Source of the DNA: Gammaproteobacteria bacterium
GTDB lineage: Bacteria; Pseudomonadota; Gammaproteobacteria; CBDBNL01; JAAOII01
Direction: 5' to 3'
DNA length: 64,000 nucleotides
Assembly (NCBI GenBank): GCA_965209035.1
Contig: OZ242372.1
Coordinates: 1,664,001 to 1,728,000 of the forward strand
In this document: piece after piece, positions 33,358-44,400 of the stretch
Numbering within the stretch: position 1 is the stretch's first letter
Layout: each line of letters starts with the position of its first letter
Made by a program: the position numbers and the translations under genes
Notes under the pieces: generated by a model
Databases searched by the model: none
Seen by the model: the letters and a program-made list of their open reading frames with translations, nothing else
Told to the model about the DNA's origin: nothing

Positions 33358-33401
33358 GAAATAAAAGCGAAATAAAAGCGAAATAAAGGAAAAATAAAGG
33401 C
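33358..33401. repeat. 11-bp degenerate tandem repeat GAAATAAAAGC x4
   Basis: Read directly between trpC and the OsmC gene. Confidence 0.85.
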
Positions 33402-33404
33402 AAA

Positions 33405-33848
33405 ATGAAAGTTCAAGTTACCTGGCAAGAAGGTGTTTACTTCAAAGGAGAAGCCCGCACTCATATTATTCCCATCGAAGGCCCCGAGGAACAAGGCGGC
33501 AAGAATCGCGGCATGCGACCGATGGAGACCGTTTTGGTCGCCCTGGGTTCTTGTAGTTCCTATGATATTGTCAGTATTCTGCACAAAATGCGCCAGCCGA
33601 TTACCGGCTGCGCATTGGAGATTACAGCCGAACGGGCGGACGCCATTCCGGCGGTGTTTCGTGAAATCCGGATGCATTTTCTTTTCCGCGGCAAGGACTT
33701 GGACCCTCATAAACTGGAAAAAGCCGTATCCTTGTCCGTGGATAAGTACTGCTCTGTTGCCAAGATGCTCGTTGCCGGCGGTGTCCGGATTTCCCATTCG
33801 TTTGAAATGGCGCCCCCGGGAAAAGACGACAAAAACAACACCGATTAA
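33405..33848 (+). CDS. OsmC family protein (YhfA-like)
   Basis: G.RPME..L..LGSCS..D and KYCSV motifs. Confidence 0.9.
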   Translation: MKVQVTWQEGVYFKGEARTHIIPIEGPEEQGGKNRGMRPMETVLVALGSCSSYDIVSILHKMRQPITGCALEITAERADAIPAVFREIRMHFLFRGKDLDPHKLEKAVSLSVDKYCSVAKMLVAGGVRISHSFEMAPPGKDDKNNTD

Positions 33849-34531
33849 TCCGGTAATACAAAAGCATCCCGTATCGGTAAGGTATCCCCCTTACAGGCCG
33901 CGAAATGCACAGCCTGACCGGCACATGAAAACAAGCCTGTCAGTTTTTGATGCCGCCACTCCGCTTTCACTCGGGGCAAAGTTGCAAAAGCGGAATACTT
34001 TTCCTCAACGAATCTGTAAGGAAAATCCTTATCCGCGGTAACGCCCAGTCTGGGGGTGACGCGCACTCGCGTCACCGGTTCCGTTGAATTGGTAAAACCA
34101 AGTTGCTTCCTTAAAGACTTTCTAACAGATTTTCCGGGATACTCGTCCGGAAACTTGCCATTCCATTCCGCCGTTTTCAACCCCATGGCACGACATAGCA
34201 GTCCTTGTCCGCTTAGTCTGCGATCCGGCTCGGAAGCATCATCTGTTATGGCCGCCTTGATGAGCACGGCACAGCCGGCTCCGAGCGCACTGATATTGAG
34301 CGCATCCCACTGGCGAATCCGATACATGTAAATTGTCCCGGCGGGAGCGAACATCGGCTCGCAGCCCTTGCGGCCGCGATAGGCATGGCTCGCTTTGTCG
34401 GCCAGCGTATAGGCTTCGGTTTCCACAATGCGACAATTGTGCAACTTGGTTCCGTCCCAATGCCAAAGCGTTTTACCGAGCAGGGAAGTTGCCAGTGTGA
34501 TTGCCGGCAGTTCAAAAAACGAACGCGGCAA
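33845..34531 (-). CDS. 3-methyladenine DNA glycosylase (MPG/AAG family)
   Basis: LA..LLGK.L, RIVETEAY...DKASH, AVLIKA, G.G.LCRAMG, TPRLGV. Confidence 0.88.
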   Translation of the reverse strand: MPRSFFELPAITLATSLLGKTLWHWDGTKLHNCRIVETEAYTLADKASHAYRGRKGCEPMFAPAGTIYMYRIRQWDALNISALGAGCAVLIKAAITDDASEPDRRLSGQGLLCRAMGLKTAEWNGKFPDEYPGKSVRKSLRKQLGFTNSTEPVTRVRVTPRLGVTADKDFPYRFVEEKYSAFATLPRVKAEWRHQKLTGLFSCAGQAVHFAACKGDTLPIRDAFVLPD

Positions 34532-34649
34532 GGAATCTCCCGTTACGATGCCGAAAGACAGTTCAATGAAACGGGGACGAGGATTTTATTTGAGCGAGAT
34601 TCTTCAGAACCCGAACCGGATGAACGGGATAAAGATCTGTTTTGTTTTT

Positions 34650-35048
34650 TTAATGACGGGACAGACAAGGCGGTGACTTGCCGGCATCCTCTTTTTCTCC
34701 CCGATGCATTTTTTGCCATTCTTCCGGCGTGTAAAGATGCAACGAGAGTGCATGCAATCCGCCGTTCGTTTTGCTGTTTACTTTATTGTTCATTTCGGTT
34801 TCAAGGGCGGCATAAACTTTCCGATGGCGTTCTATGGTTGCCATACCGGCAAACAGATCGCTCACAATGATCAGGGTAAAATGCGTTTCCCGTATTCCCA
34901 TTTCCCCCGCCGAGTGGGTGGCACGCCGATGCTTGTCACTGTCGTTGATTAACTTGTATTCTGTCGGCGCAAAGGCAGTTTCAATTTTTCTTGAAATCCG
35001 GGCGGCCGTCCCTCCGCTTACCGCGGGTTTTTCATGTTCCCGATACAT
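34650..35048 (-). CDS. bolA: BolA family protein
   Basis: NDSDKH, ETHF.LIIVS..F.G...IERHR.VY, GLHALSL..YTPEEW. Confidence 0.9.
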   Translation of the reverse strand: MYREHEKPAVSGGTAARISRKIETAFAPTEYKLINDSDKHRRATHSAGEMGIRETHFTLIIVSDLFAGMATIERHRKVYAALETEMNNKVNSKTNGGLHALSLHLYTPEEWQKMHRGEKEDAGKSPPCLSRH

Positions 35049-35973
35049 AAGTGAGAAAATTGTCATACTCGGGGCTTTTGCCGGTGACGCAGTTAAAGTA
35101 AGCATCCTGCAACTTCTTGGTCAGGGGGCCGGGCTTGCCGTTGCCGATCGTGCGGTCATCCAAACAACGAATAGGCACTACCTCGGCGGCGGTTCCGCAA
35201 AAGAAGGCTTCTTCCGCCACATAAAATTCATCGCGTGTGATCTGCCTTTCCACATAATCAACACCCATGTCCGCCGCCAGGCGCATCACGGTTCGGCGAG
35301 TAATCCCGTCCAGGCAAGAAGTGAGAGACGGGGTATGCAACACACCGTCGCGAACTAAAAAGACATTTTCGCCGGTCCCTTCCGCCACATATCCTTCGTT
35401 ATCCAAAAGCAATGCCTCCTCACAACCGCAACTGACAGCCTCTTGCAGTGCCAGGATGGAATTGACATAATGCCCGTTGCATTTTGCTTTGCACATACTG
35501 ATGTTGATGTGGTGGCGCGTATATGAGGATGTTCGCACTTTAATGCCGTTTTTCAATCCGTCCGGCGACATATAGGAAGGCCATTCCCAAGCGGCAACCA
35601 TCGCATGTGTTTTGAGGTGCCGGGCGCGCAGTCCCATTTCTTCGCTGCCGTAAAAACACATCGGCCGAATGTAGCCGTGCTTTACTTTGTTACTGCGGAC
35701 AGATTCAATATGCGCCGCACTGATTTCATCCGGGGAATACGGGATCTTCATTTGCAGGATATGCGCCGAGTTAAACAAGCGCCGCGTGTGATCCGCAAGG
35801 CGGAAAATAGCGCTGCCGTGCTCTGTCGGATAAACGCGCACCCCCTCAAACACACCCAGTCCGTAATGCAGAGTATGTGTCAAAACATGAACTTTGGCGT
35901 CTTGCCAGTTGGTCATCTTGCCGTCAAGCCAGATGACGCCGTTTAATTGGTCCATCCTAGTCATTATTGCCAT
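35032..35973 (-). CDS. ilvE: Branched-chain amino acid aminotransferase
   Basis: HTLHYGLGVFEG, KAK.NG.Y.NS, EGTGENVF, GTAAEV. Confidence 0.97.
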   Translation of the reverse strand: MAIMTRMDQLNGVIWLDGKMTNWQDAKVHVLTHTLHYGLGVFEGVRVYPTEHGSAIFRLADHTRRLFNSAHILQMKIPYSPDEISAAHIESVRSNKVKHGYIRPMCFYGSEEMGLRARHLKTHAMVAAWEWPSYMSPDGLKNGIKVRTSSYTRHHINISMCKAKCNGHYVNSILALQEAVSCGCEEALLLDNEGYVAEGTGENVFLVRDGVLHTPSLTSCLDGITRRTVMRLAADMGVDYVERQITRDEFYVAEEAFFCGTAAEVVPIRCLDDRTIGNGKPGPLTKKLQDAYFNCVTGKSPEYDNFLTYVSGT

Positions 35974-35998
35974 TATTTGTCATTATTTGTCATTATTT
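35962..35998. repeat. 10-bp tandem repeat CATTATTTGT x~3.5
   Basis: Read directly at the argG-ilvE junction. Confidence 0.85.
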
Positions 35999-37210
35999 TT
36001 TCTTCTTGTGCTGCTTCATTAAAAATCTTAATGCCGTTAGGCGAATCAGACCGCCGGCATCTTTTTGATTATACAATTCCCGGCTGTCTTCAAAGGTTGC
36101 CATCATCGGATCATACAAACTTTGGGCGGAGCTTCTGCCGAGAATCGTAACATTTCCTTTATACAATTCCAGTCGTACGCTTCCTTCCACGGTCGATTGC
36201 GTTGCGTCTATCATTTTTTGCAGTGCCACGCGTTCGGGCGACCACCAATGGCCGTTGTAAATCATTTCCGCATAGCGGGGCATTAATTCGTCTTTAAGGT
36301 GACCGGTCTTACCGTCGAGAGTCAGCGATTCCATCGCACGATGTGCTCTTAGCAAAATAGTGCCGCCGGGGGTTTCGTAGCAACCGCGCGATTTCATACC
36401 GATGAACCGGTTCTCCACCAAATCCAATCTGCCGATAGCATTCTCCCCTCCCAGACGGTTCAACTCTTCCAGCAGGGCATAGGGATTCGCGGCCCGGCCG
36501 TTCAACGCAACAGGGTCTCCCTTTTCAAAACCGATTTCAATTTCGGTTGCCCGGTCCGGCGCCTCTTGGGGTGAAGCGGTTCGCCGCCACATTTTGGCAT
36601 GCGGAGCTGTGTCGGGATCTTCCAATTCGCACCCTTCGTAAGAGGTATGAAAAGCGTTGGCGTCAATGGAATAATGTCGTTCTTTGCTGTCGCCGGTTTG
36701 ATAGTCCAGTCCGTGATTGCGGCAAAACTGCACAAGTTCTTCGCGCGAAGAGTATGCCCATTCTCGCCAGGGTGCGATCACTTGCAGATGCGGTGCCAAT
36801 GCATATACCCCCAGTTCAAAACGAATTTGATCGTTCCCCTTGCCGGTGGCTCCGTGAGCGACCGCCTCGGCACCCGTTTGTCGGGCGATTTCCGTCAGTC
36901 GTTTGGCAATTAATGGCCGGGCAATTGCCGTGCCCAGCAAATACTCGCCCTCATACAGGGTGTTGGCGCGCAACATCGGGAACACAAAGTCGCGTACGAA
37001 TTCTTCGCGCAGATCTTCGGTGTAAATTTTGGTAATACCGAGTTGTTCCGCTCTCGTACGGGCAATTTCCAATTCGTCTTCTTGCCCCAGATCCGCGGTG
37101 AAGGCAATGACTTCGCAGTCATATTCCAACTGTAACCACTTGGCAATTGCCGAAGTATCCAATCCGCCGGAATAGGCAAGAACGGCCTTATTAAACTTCT
37201 TCTTTGCCAT
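35993..37210 (-). CDS. argG: Argininosuccinate synthase
   Basis: [33 protein letters not shown]. Confidence 0.99.
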   Translation of the reverse strand: MAKKKFNKAVLAYSGGLDTSAIAKWLQLEYDCEVIAFTADLGQEDELEIARTRAEQLGITKIYTEDLREEFVRDFVFPMLRANTLYEGEYLLGTAIARPLIAKRLTEIARQTGAEAVAHGATGKGNDQIRFELGVYALAPHLQVIAPWREWAYSSREELVQFCRNHGLDYQTGDSKERHYSIDANAFHTSYEGCELEDPDTAPHAKMWRRTASPQEAPDRATEIEIGFEKGDPVALNGRAANPYALLEELNRLGGENAIGRLDLVENRFIGMKSRGCYETPGGTILLRAHRAMESLTLDGKTGHLKDELMPRYAEMIYNGHWWSPERVALQKMIDATQSTVEGSVRLELYKGNVTILGRSSAQSLYDPMMATFEDSRELYNQKDAGGLIRLTALRFLMKQHKKKK

Positions 37211-37793
37211 AGTTTCCAATTAATGCTCGCGCATAGATAAAGCCGGACCAGATAGTCATTACAGTGGCGACAGCCAAAATGATTATCGCGATCCAATGCG
37301 GGAACAGGTTTTCTTTGTTCGGCGGAAACGCCAAAAACCAGGCGATGCTGCCCATCTGAAAAACAGTTTTTATCTTTGCCAAAAAGTTCACGCGCAGAGA
37401 AACGGAGAGAGGATCGCTTTTTATGGATGCCAACCAATGTCGCATTGCCATTACGGTAATTTCGCGGCCTATGATAATCATCACCATAAATGTGACCCAA
37501 ATATTGTCATACACATGCACCATTAGTACCAAGGATACGACCACCAGCAACTTGTCCGCCACAGGATCAAGAAACTCGCCAAGCCGCGTGCCCATCCTCC
37601 AAGTTCTGGCAAGATAACCGTCCAACCAATCGGTCAACGCCGCCAGGGTGAACAGACCCGCCGCAACATAGTGTCCCCAGTTTCCCGGGGCATAATAGAA
37701 CAGAACAACAAGGACCACTACCAAGGTGCGGACATATGCCAAAATATTGGGCAGTTTTTGCCAATCGGATGCGGAGGGTGTGTTCATTTGCAT
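37191..37793 (-). CDS. pgsA: CDP-diacylglycerol--glycerol-3-phosphate 3-phosphatidyltransferase
   Basis: LPN.L...[11 protein letters not shown].....[13 protein letters not shown]. Confidence 0.95.
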   Translation of the reverse strand: MQMNTPSASDWQKLPNILAYVRTLVVVLVVLFYYAPGNWGHYVAAGLFTLAALTDWLDGYLARTWRMGTRLGEFLDPVADKLLVVVSLVLMVHVYDNIWVTFMVMIIIGREITVMAMRHWLASIKSDPLSVSLRVNFLAKIKTVFQMGSIAWFLAFPPNKENLFPHWIAIIILAVATVMTIWSGFIYARALIGNYGKEEV

Positions 37794-37807
37794 ATTATTA
37801 TAGGATA

Positions 37808-38351
37808 GGTGAATTCAACCCTCCGGCGCAACACCGGTTGCTAAATTATAATCCACTCCGGTCGCTGCTGAGAAGACCTCGGCGGGTGTTCTAAATCCGA
37901 GTCGCTTGCGCGGTCGTTGATTAAGTCGGTGAATGACCCGGGGCAGTTTCTGTCGGCTTGACGCAACAGGCCATTCGTATATGCGTCCGCGCGCGTAACG
38001 GGCAGAGTAAACTCACGATCGCGGCACCGGTGGTTTCCTTGGTGCGGTCTTTGAGATAGGCACTCAAAGTGAGGCCGGTTTTGCGCTCAACCGGAGTGAG
38101 TAAGAAGCCGCTCCGGCTGCTACCCTGCATGGTGTCCGCTTCCCGCTTCCCGATGCCCGGTTTTCTTTCGGCTCTCAATGCCGACCCGTCCGGGGATCTG
38201 CCCGCGGCTGTCCACCCCGACAACGTTTCCGCTTGCTGATGACGATAGCCACGCAAACCCGTATTACGCGCCAGTTGTAAAAGACTTCCTTGAAATTTTC
38301 CAAAATTCAAGGAAACCTTCCACGGTGTTGTGCTAGTTACTTGAATTCACA
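37808..38351 (-). mobile_element. Internally deleted IS30-family element (copy 1, non-autonomous)
   Basis: Imperfect terminal IRs GGTGAATTCAACCCTCCGGCGCAACACCG / rc TGTGAATTCAAGTAACTAGCACAACACCG; transposase relics EADT..G..S..LLTPVERKT and LNQRPRKRLGF.TPAE. Confidence 0.88.
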
Positions 38352-38410
38352 CATTATAATAAAGTAAATTTTGTTAATATTATTTTTAAGAGTGACGGAC
38401 GGGGTTATAT

Positions 38411-41400
38411 ATGAAAGACACAAAAGAAAAATTACGGGCGCATAAGTTGATGCGAAAATTGGAGTTTAAATCATTTCACCGGTTGGTAGGGAGGCTAACT
38501 TCTGTTGGCTGTCTTTTTGTATGCATGTCTTTTTTGACGGTAGCATGTAGTAACGGTTCTTCCTCCAAATCGCCGCCCCGGACATCGGTCAATGTCGTAT
38601 CCACCGGCACCGGCATCGTGCAGTTTATGGCAATCCCTATAGAAAGCGGCCTGCGAGTGAGTTGGATCAACACACAACCAAACATAGATTACTTTAACAT
38701 TACCCTCGTAAACATAAAAACAGGACAAGTAGAATCGTTTGTCAAACGGGATCAGACAGCCTACGGCGACCAGATCACCATAACTTTTACGGACTTGGAA
38801 GACGAAACCGATTACATCGTATTGGTCGAGATATTTTTTCTTGCCGAGCCGGAACCGCGTGCGGAAGAGCGTGTTATACGCCGCACCGGCAAGAATAGCG
38901 ACAATGACGAACTCCCCGACAGTTTGGATGTTTTTGACGACGATCGTTGTGCTCATACGGATACGGATGGTGACGGCCTGCCGGATGACATTCTTGCCGA
39001 TTGCACGACATCTTTAATAGAGGATCCGGACGATGACAATGACGGGGTGAATGACTTGGCAGATGCCTTTGCTTTGGATTCCTGTGCGTCTGTAGATACG
39101 GATAATGACAGCCTGCCGGATGAAATTCTCGCCAACTGCACAACACCTTTAAAGGAAGACACGGACGACGATGGCGACGGCACAGAGGATCTTGCGGATG
39201 CCTTTGGCAAAGATCGTTGTGCGTCTGTAGATACGGATGATGATGGTCTGCCGGATGATATTCTTGCCGATTGTACGACACCTTTAATAAGAGAGGATCC
39301 GGACGATGACAATGACGGGGTGAATGACTTGGCAGATGCCTTTGCTTTGGATACCTGTGCGTCTGTAGATACGGATGGTGACGGTCTGCCGGATTTTTTG
39401 CTCGCCGATTGTCGGACACTTTTAACGGAAGATGACGACGATGACAATGATAGTATTGCCGATAGCGAGGACTCCGATGACGACAACGATGGGCTGATAG
39501 AGATTCGCTTCTTGGAAGGACTTGCCAATATGCGCGATGACCTGAACGGCGATGGCACGGACGACGGCAGAATCGCCAATGTGGGTCCCGGCAATCACAT
39601 CGGCTGTCCCGCCTCGGGTTGTAAAGGTTATGAACTTGCCCGCTCTTTGGATTTCAAAAAAGCGGATTCCTATCAAAATGCCGCCAATCTGGAATTTTGG
39701 GTTACGGAGACCGGCTGGCCCCCCATCGGCTCTTGCCTGCCGACAAGTACCGACAGATGCACGCCATACGATGCCATCCTTGATGGCAACGGTCATAGTA
39801 TCAACAATTTGTTTATTAACGCGGAGCCGGGCGCTGTCGGGCTTGGATTGTTTGGTTCTGTTTCCGGTTCTGTGCGCAACTTGAATCTTGTTTCCGCCCG
39901 CATCGGCGGCGGCCAAAGAAACACGGGCATCTTGACAGGGTATGCCGCAGATGCCAACATTCTCGGTGTTCGGGTGATCGACGGTTCGGTGAGCGGCGGC
40001 GAAAATGTTGGCGGTCTGGTCGGCTATGGGGAACGAACAAGCATCGTCTCTTCCCGTGCCGAACATCTTTTTATTAACGGCATAGATCACATCGGCGGTC
40101 TGGCGGGGGTTTGGAAACAGGGCAGAATAGAGGCATCCGCCGCATTGCACAACATTATATCCGGCGATGAACGGATCGGCGGTCTGACGGGCCTGTTGGA
40201 TGGCGTATTGAATGATGCGGCGGTTTTGGCATCTTATGTCTTAAATACTTCCTTGACCGGGCGACAAAGCGGCGGCGGTTTGACAGGTTTGGGGGTTGGG
40301 ACGAGTGTGGTTGCTTCTTATGCCGCACTCAGCCGCCAAGATGTGTCGGAAGTTGTTGGCGGTCTTATCGGACAAAGAAGCGGCCGAAATATTGTTGTTA
40401 CTCATTCCTACTGGGATGCCGAAGCCCTTGGTTTTGGATTGCTGAGTGGAATTTTGCCGGCAGCCAAAAGGACGGCTGAGTTGCAAGAGAATACGGATTT
40501 TAACGGTATTTATGCGGCTTGGGATAATTATTGGTGCGACCCGAACACAGGGCTTTTTACAAATAACTCGCAAGATCCTCTTGCTACGGATGAGAACTTG
40601 GCATGGAACCTCGGCAGTGCCACGCAATATCCGTCCTTAGAAAACTGCCACATCAAGTTCGCCGCCCCGCCGCGCCCGGTTAAGAATTTTGAGGTGATCC
40701 CTGCGGAAGGAAGTTTGCAACTCACCTGGGATAACCCGCCCCAAAGATTTTTATGGTTTAAGGTTGCTTGGCAACAATTGGGCGCACAGGACCAAAACGG
40801 AACATCCGCGATAAAAACAACACAAACGGCCCCCGGTAACTCCGCCGCGCATCTTATTGAAAATCTCAGCGATGTGCACAATTATTCCGTCAGCGTATCT
40901 GTTGTGTTGCCGGACGGTCGGACGGCAAGGTCCGTTTCTTTAATTCGCCGTCCGGGGAGAAACCAAGACGGCGATGTCTTGCCGGACGCGCTGGATGACT
41001 TTGACACCGAACCCTGTGCAATTACGGATACGGATGGCGACGGCATGCCGGACGATCTTTTTTGTCCCGCGACGACAGGTCTCGTAGCGGATACGGACGA
41101 CGACAATGATTCGGTGCCGGATGAAAGAGACGCATTTGATAGGGATGCGTGTGCTCACACGGATACGGATGGCGATGGCATGCCGGACGATGTTCTTTGC
41201 CCGTCCGCTTTAATCACGGACAATAACGACGACAACGATTTGGTCCCGGATAGTGCGGATCCTTTTCCATCGGACCGATGTGGCAGTCTGGATCGCGACA
41301 CGGACGGTATTGCGGATGACAGGGTGATTCGTTGCACTTCAAATCTAACCCGGGACACGGACCCGGATAACGATGACTTCCAAGATCAATTGGATGACTT

Positions 41401-44400
41401 CCCCGCGGACTCCTGTGCGAATTTGGACACAGACGGGGACGGCATGCCGGACCGCCTGATACCAAATTGTTCCACGGATTTAAGCGCGGACGATGACGAT
41501 GACGGCGACGGGATTACCGATGCCGAGGATGCGGATGCGGATGGCGACGGCCTGATGGAAGTGAATACCTTGGAAGAACTTGCCGATATGCGCGATGACC
41601 TCAACGGCAACGGGGTGGACGACGACAGAATTACCGGGCGGGGTCCCAAGCATAATCTTGGTTGTCCCCCCGCCGGTTGCAACGGCTACGAACTTGCCAA
41701 ATCATTGAATTTCAACAATAACGACCATTACGAGGACCTTGCCAACAAAGATGCCTGGACAACCGGCTCCGGTTGGCGTTCTATCGGCTCTTGCCGCCAT
41801 ATCACTAGTTGTCGACCTTATACGGCATCTTTTCAAGGAAACGGCTACACGATTGACAACCTGTTTCTTAACAAGAGTTCCGCAACTGTCGGCGTGGGGC
41901 TTTTTGGTGCCGTCGCAGATACAAGGATTAGCAATCTGCGCATCACCAATGCGCGGGTGTTCGGGGGAGCATCCAATGTGGGTATCCTTGCGGGCGTGGC
42001 CGGCGGAAGTTCTTTTCGGATGATTGCCATAGAAAACAGCGAACTTGTCAGCCCGAGCGCCAGGTTTGCCGGTCTGATATGGGGGAGCGCATCCGACGGA
42101 GATCTTTCTTATTCTTATGCGGATCGTGTCAACATTACGGGCAGTTCCGACATTACTTTCGGTCCCAACAACATATTTACGAGATTTCCTTTCGTCGGCG
42201 CTCTGGCAGGCACAAGTGCTTCGATTTCGTATTCGCTTTTGGGAGAATTCCGGCTCAACACCACCATAGCCAGATTCAATTACAGGAGATATAGTTTCCC
42301 TTTTTCCGGAGCCAATCTCGGCCATTTTGCCGCTGCTTATTGGGATAAAGACAGAGCGACTTTTCAGCGCGATGCCACTTTTTTGCGAGGAACTGAAACC
42401 GAAAGATTACAAGGTGAAACAACCCATACGGGTATCTATGCCGGCTGGAAGAATGCCTGGTGTGATCCGCGTTCGGGTGCTTTTACGAGGGATCCGAATC
42501 ATGTTCTGGCGACCGACATCAATCGTGTCTGGGACCTGGGTGTTGAGACCGAATATCCTCGTCTGAACTGCGGTGAGAGTGTCCGCTCCAAGCGATTGCC
42601 CGCAGTCAATGTCACGGCAATTCCCGCCAATCGCAGTTTGCAATTATCTTGGACTAATCCAAACCAAGAATTTTTACACTTTAGAATTGCTTTGACGGAG
42701 CATCAAGAGTACGGAGAGCATCGAGAGCATGGGCAACCCGGTGAAGAGGCGGGCCGCTCTCTTTTGAAGACCAACCAAACGGCAGCCGGCCAGCGCGCCG
42801 TTTATGTTTTTGAGAACTTAAACAATGCTTTCAATTACACTCTTTCCGTAGAAACCGTCTTTTCGGACGGGACGACGGGTAAGACACCGCTCTTTGTTCG
42901 TCGACCGGGGCCGAATGCGGATGGTGATTTCATGCCGGACTCCTTGGATGCGTTTGACGCCGACCCTTGCGCGACCACGGACACGGACGGCGACGGCATG
43001 CCGGACGAGTTGCTCTGTGTTTCAACGACCGGTCTGGTGGCGGACGCGGATGACGACGAGGATGGTGTGCCGGATATCGCGGATGCGTTTCCCCGGGACC
43101 CCTGTGCGACTACGGACACGGACGGCGACGGCATGCCGGATGAGTTGCTATGTGTTTCAACAACCGGTCTGGTGGCGGACGCGGATGACGATAATGACCG
43201 GGTGCCGGATGTCGCGGATGCGTTTGACACGGACCCTTGTGCCGTTGCGGATCAGGACAATGACGGCATGCCAAACGAACTTCTCTGCAATCTTGGCACC
43301 CGTCTTGTAGCCGACGATGACGACGACAATGACAGTGTGCCGGATATTGCGGACGCGTTCATCCTGGACAAGTGCGCGTCGCTGGATACGGACGGCGACG
43401 GCATGCCGAACGAACTTTTTTGTACCACGACAAACCTTACGGAAGATACGGACGACGACAACGACAGTGTTCCCGATGTATCGGACGATTATGGGACGGA
43501 TCCTTGCGCGTTTCGCGATACGGACCGCGATGGTCTGCCGGACGACATCATCACCTTCAATTGTGTAACATCCCTTGTCTTAGATCGGGACAGAGATAAC
43601 GACAGTCTCATAGAGTTGGATACATTGGAAGATCTTGCCACCCTGCGCGATGACCTGGACGGCGACGGGTTGGATGACGGCAGATACCCGGACATTAGCC
43701 CGGGCGGCCGCGCGGGCTGCCCGCCAAACGGTTGTACCGGCTATGAACTGACGCGCTCTTTGGATTTTGCGAAAGCGGATTCTTATCGCGCCTCAGAATA
43801 CGCGCAACATCTTGCCAATTGGACGCGCGGTGACGGCTGGACCCCCATAGGTTATTGCCGGGCGGACAATGATTGCCTGGCTTATGAAGGCGTGTTTGAA
43901 GGCAACAATCACAGCATAATATCTTTGTTTGTGAATGCGAGTTCCCCGGCAAACGGCGTCGGGTTGTTTGCCGCCGCAACCGGTACCTTGCAAAATATTG
44001 GCTTGTCTCGGGCGCGCGTCTTCGGCGGCGACAGTGATACGGGAATTCTGGTCGGCTATGGTGACGGACTGCGTCTAAACAAAGTGACCGTCGACGACTA
44101 TGTTATGCGCGCGCCACAGGGTGCGTCCGTAGGAGCACTGCTGGGGGATGGCTATAACTCGGAAATCACCGCATCTGTCGCCGAGCGCGGCAAAGTGACA
44201 GGCAAAACGAATGTCGGCGGTCTCATCGGTTCGGGTTTTTATACGACTGTTTCCAATTCCGCTACCCGGCATGTTTCCTTGAACGGTAATCAATTCGTCG
44301 GCGGTTTGGTGGGTTACAGTGATGCGATGCTGGTGTCCTCTGCCGAGAGTTTCAATGCAAGTATGGATGGCTCGTCGGCGGTCGGCGGTCTGTTGGGCTT

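Noticed and set aside
37921-38310. 129-aa ORF (and 50067-50258, 50324-50563) as functional transposases
   Set aside because: Deleted or frameshifted fragments lacking the HTH and a complete DDE triad
38328-38360. Canonical sigma70 hybrid promoter from an IR -35 plus flanking TATAAT
   Set aside because: TTG hexamers are 21 or 8 bp from TATAAT in both copies, not 16-18; kept only as a flank-conservation observation
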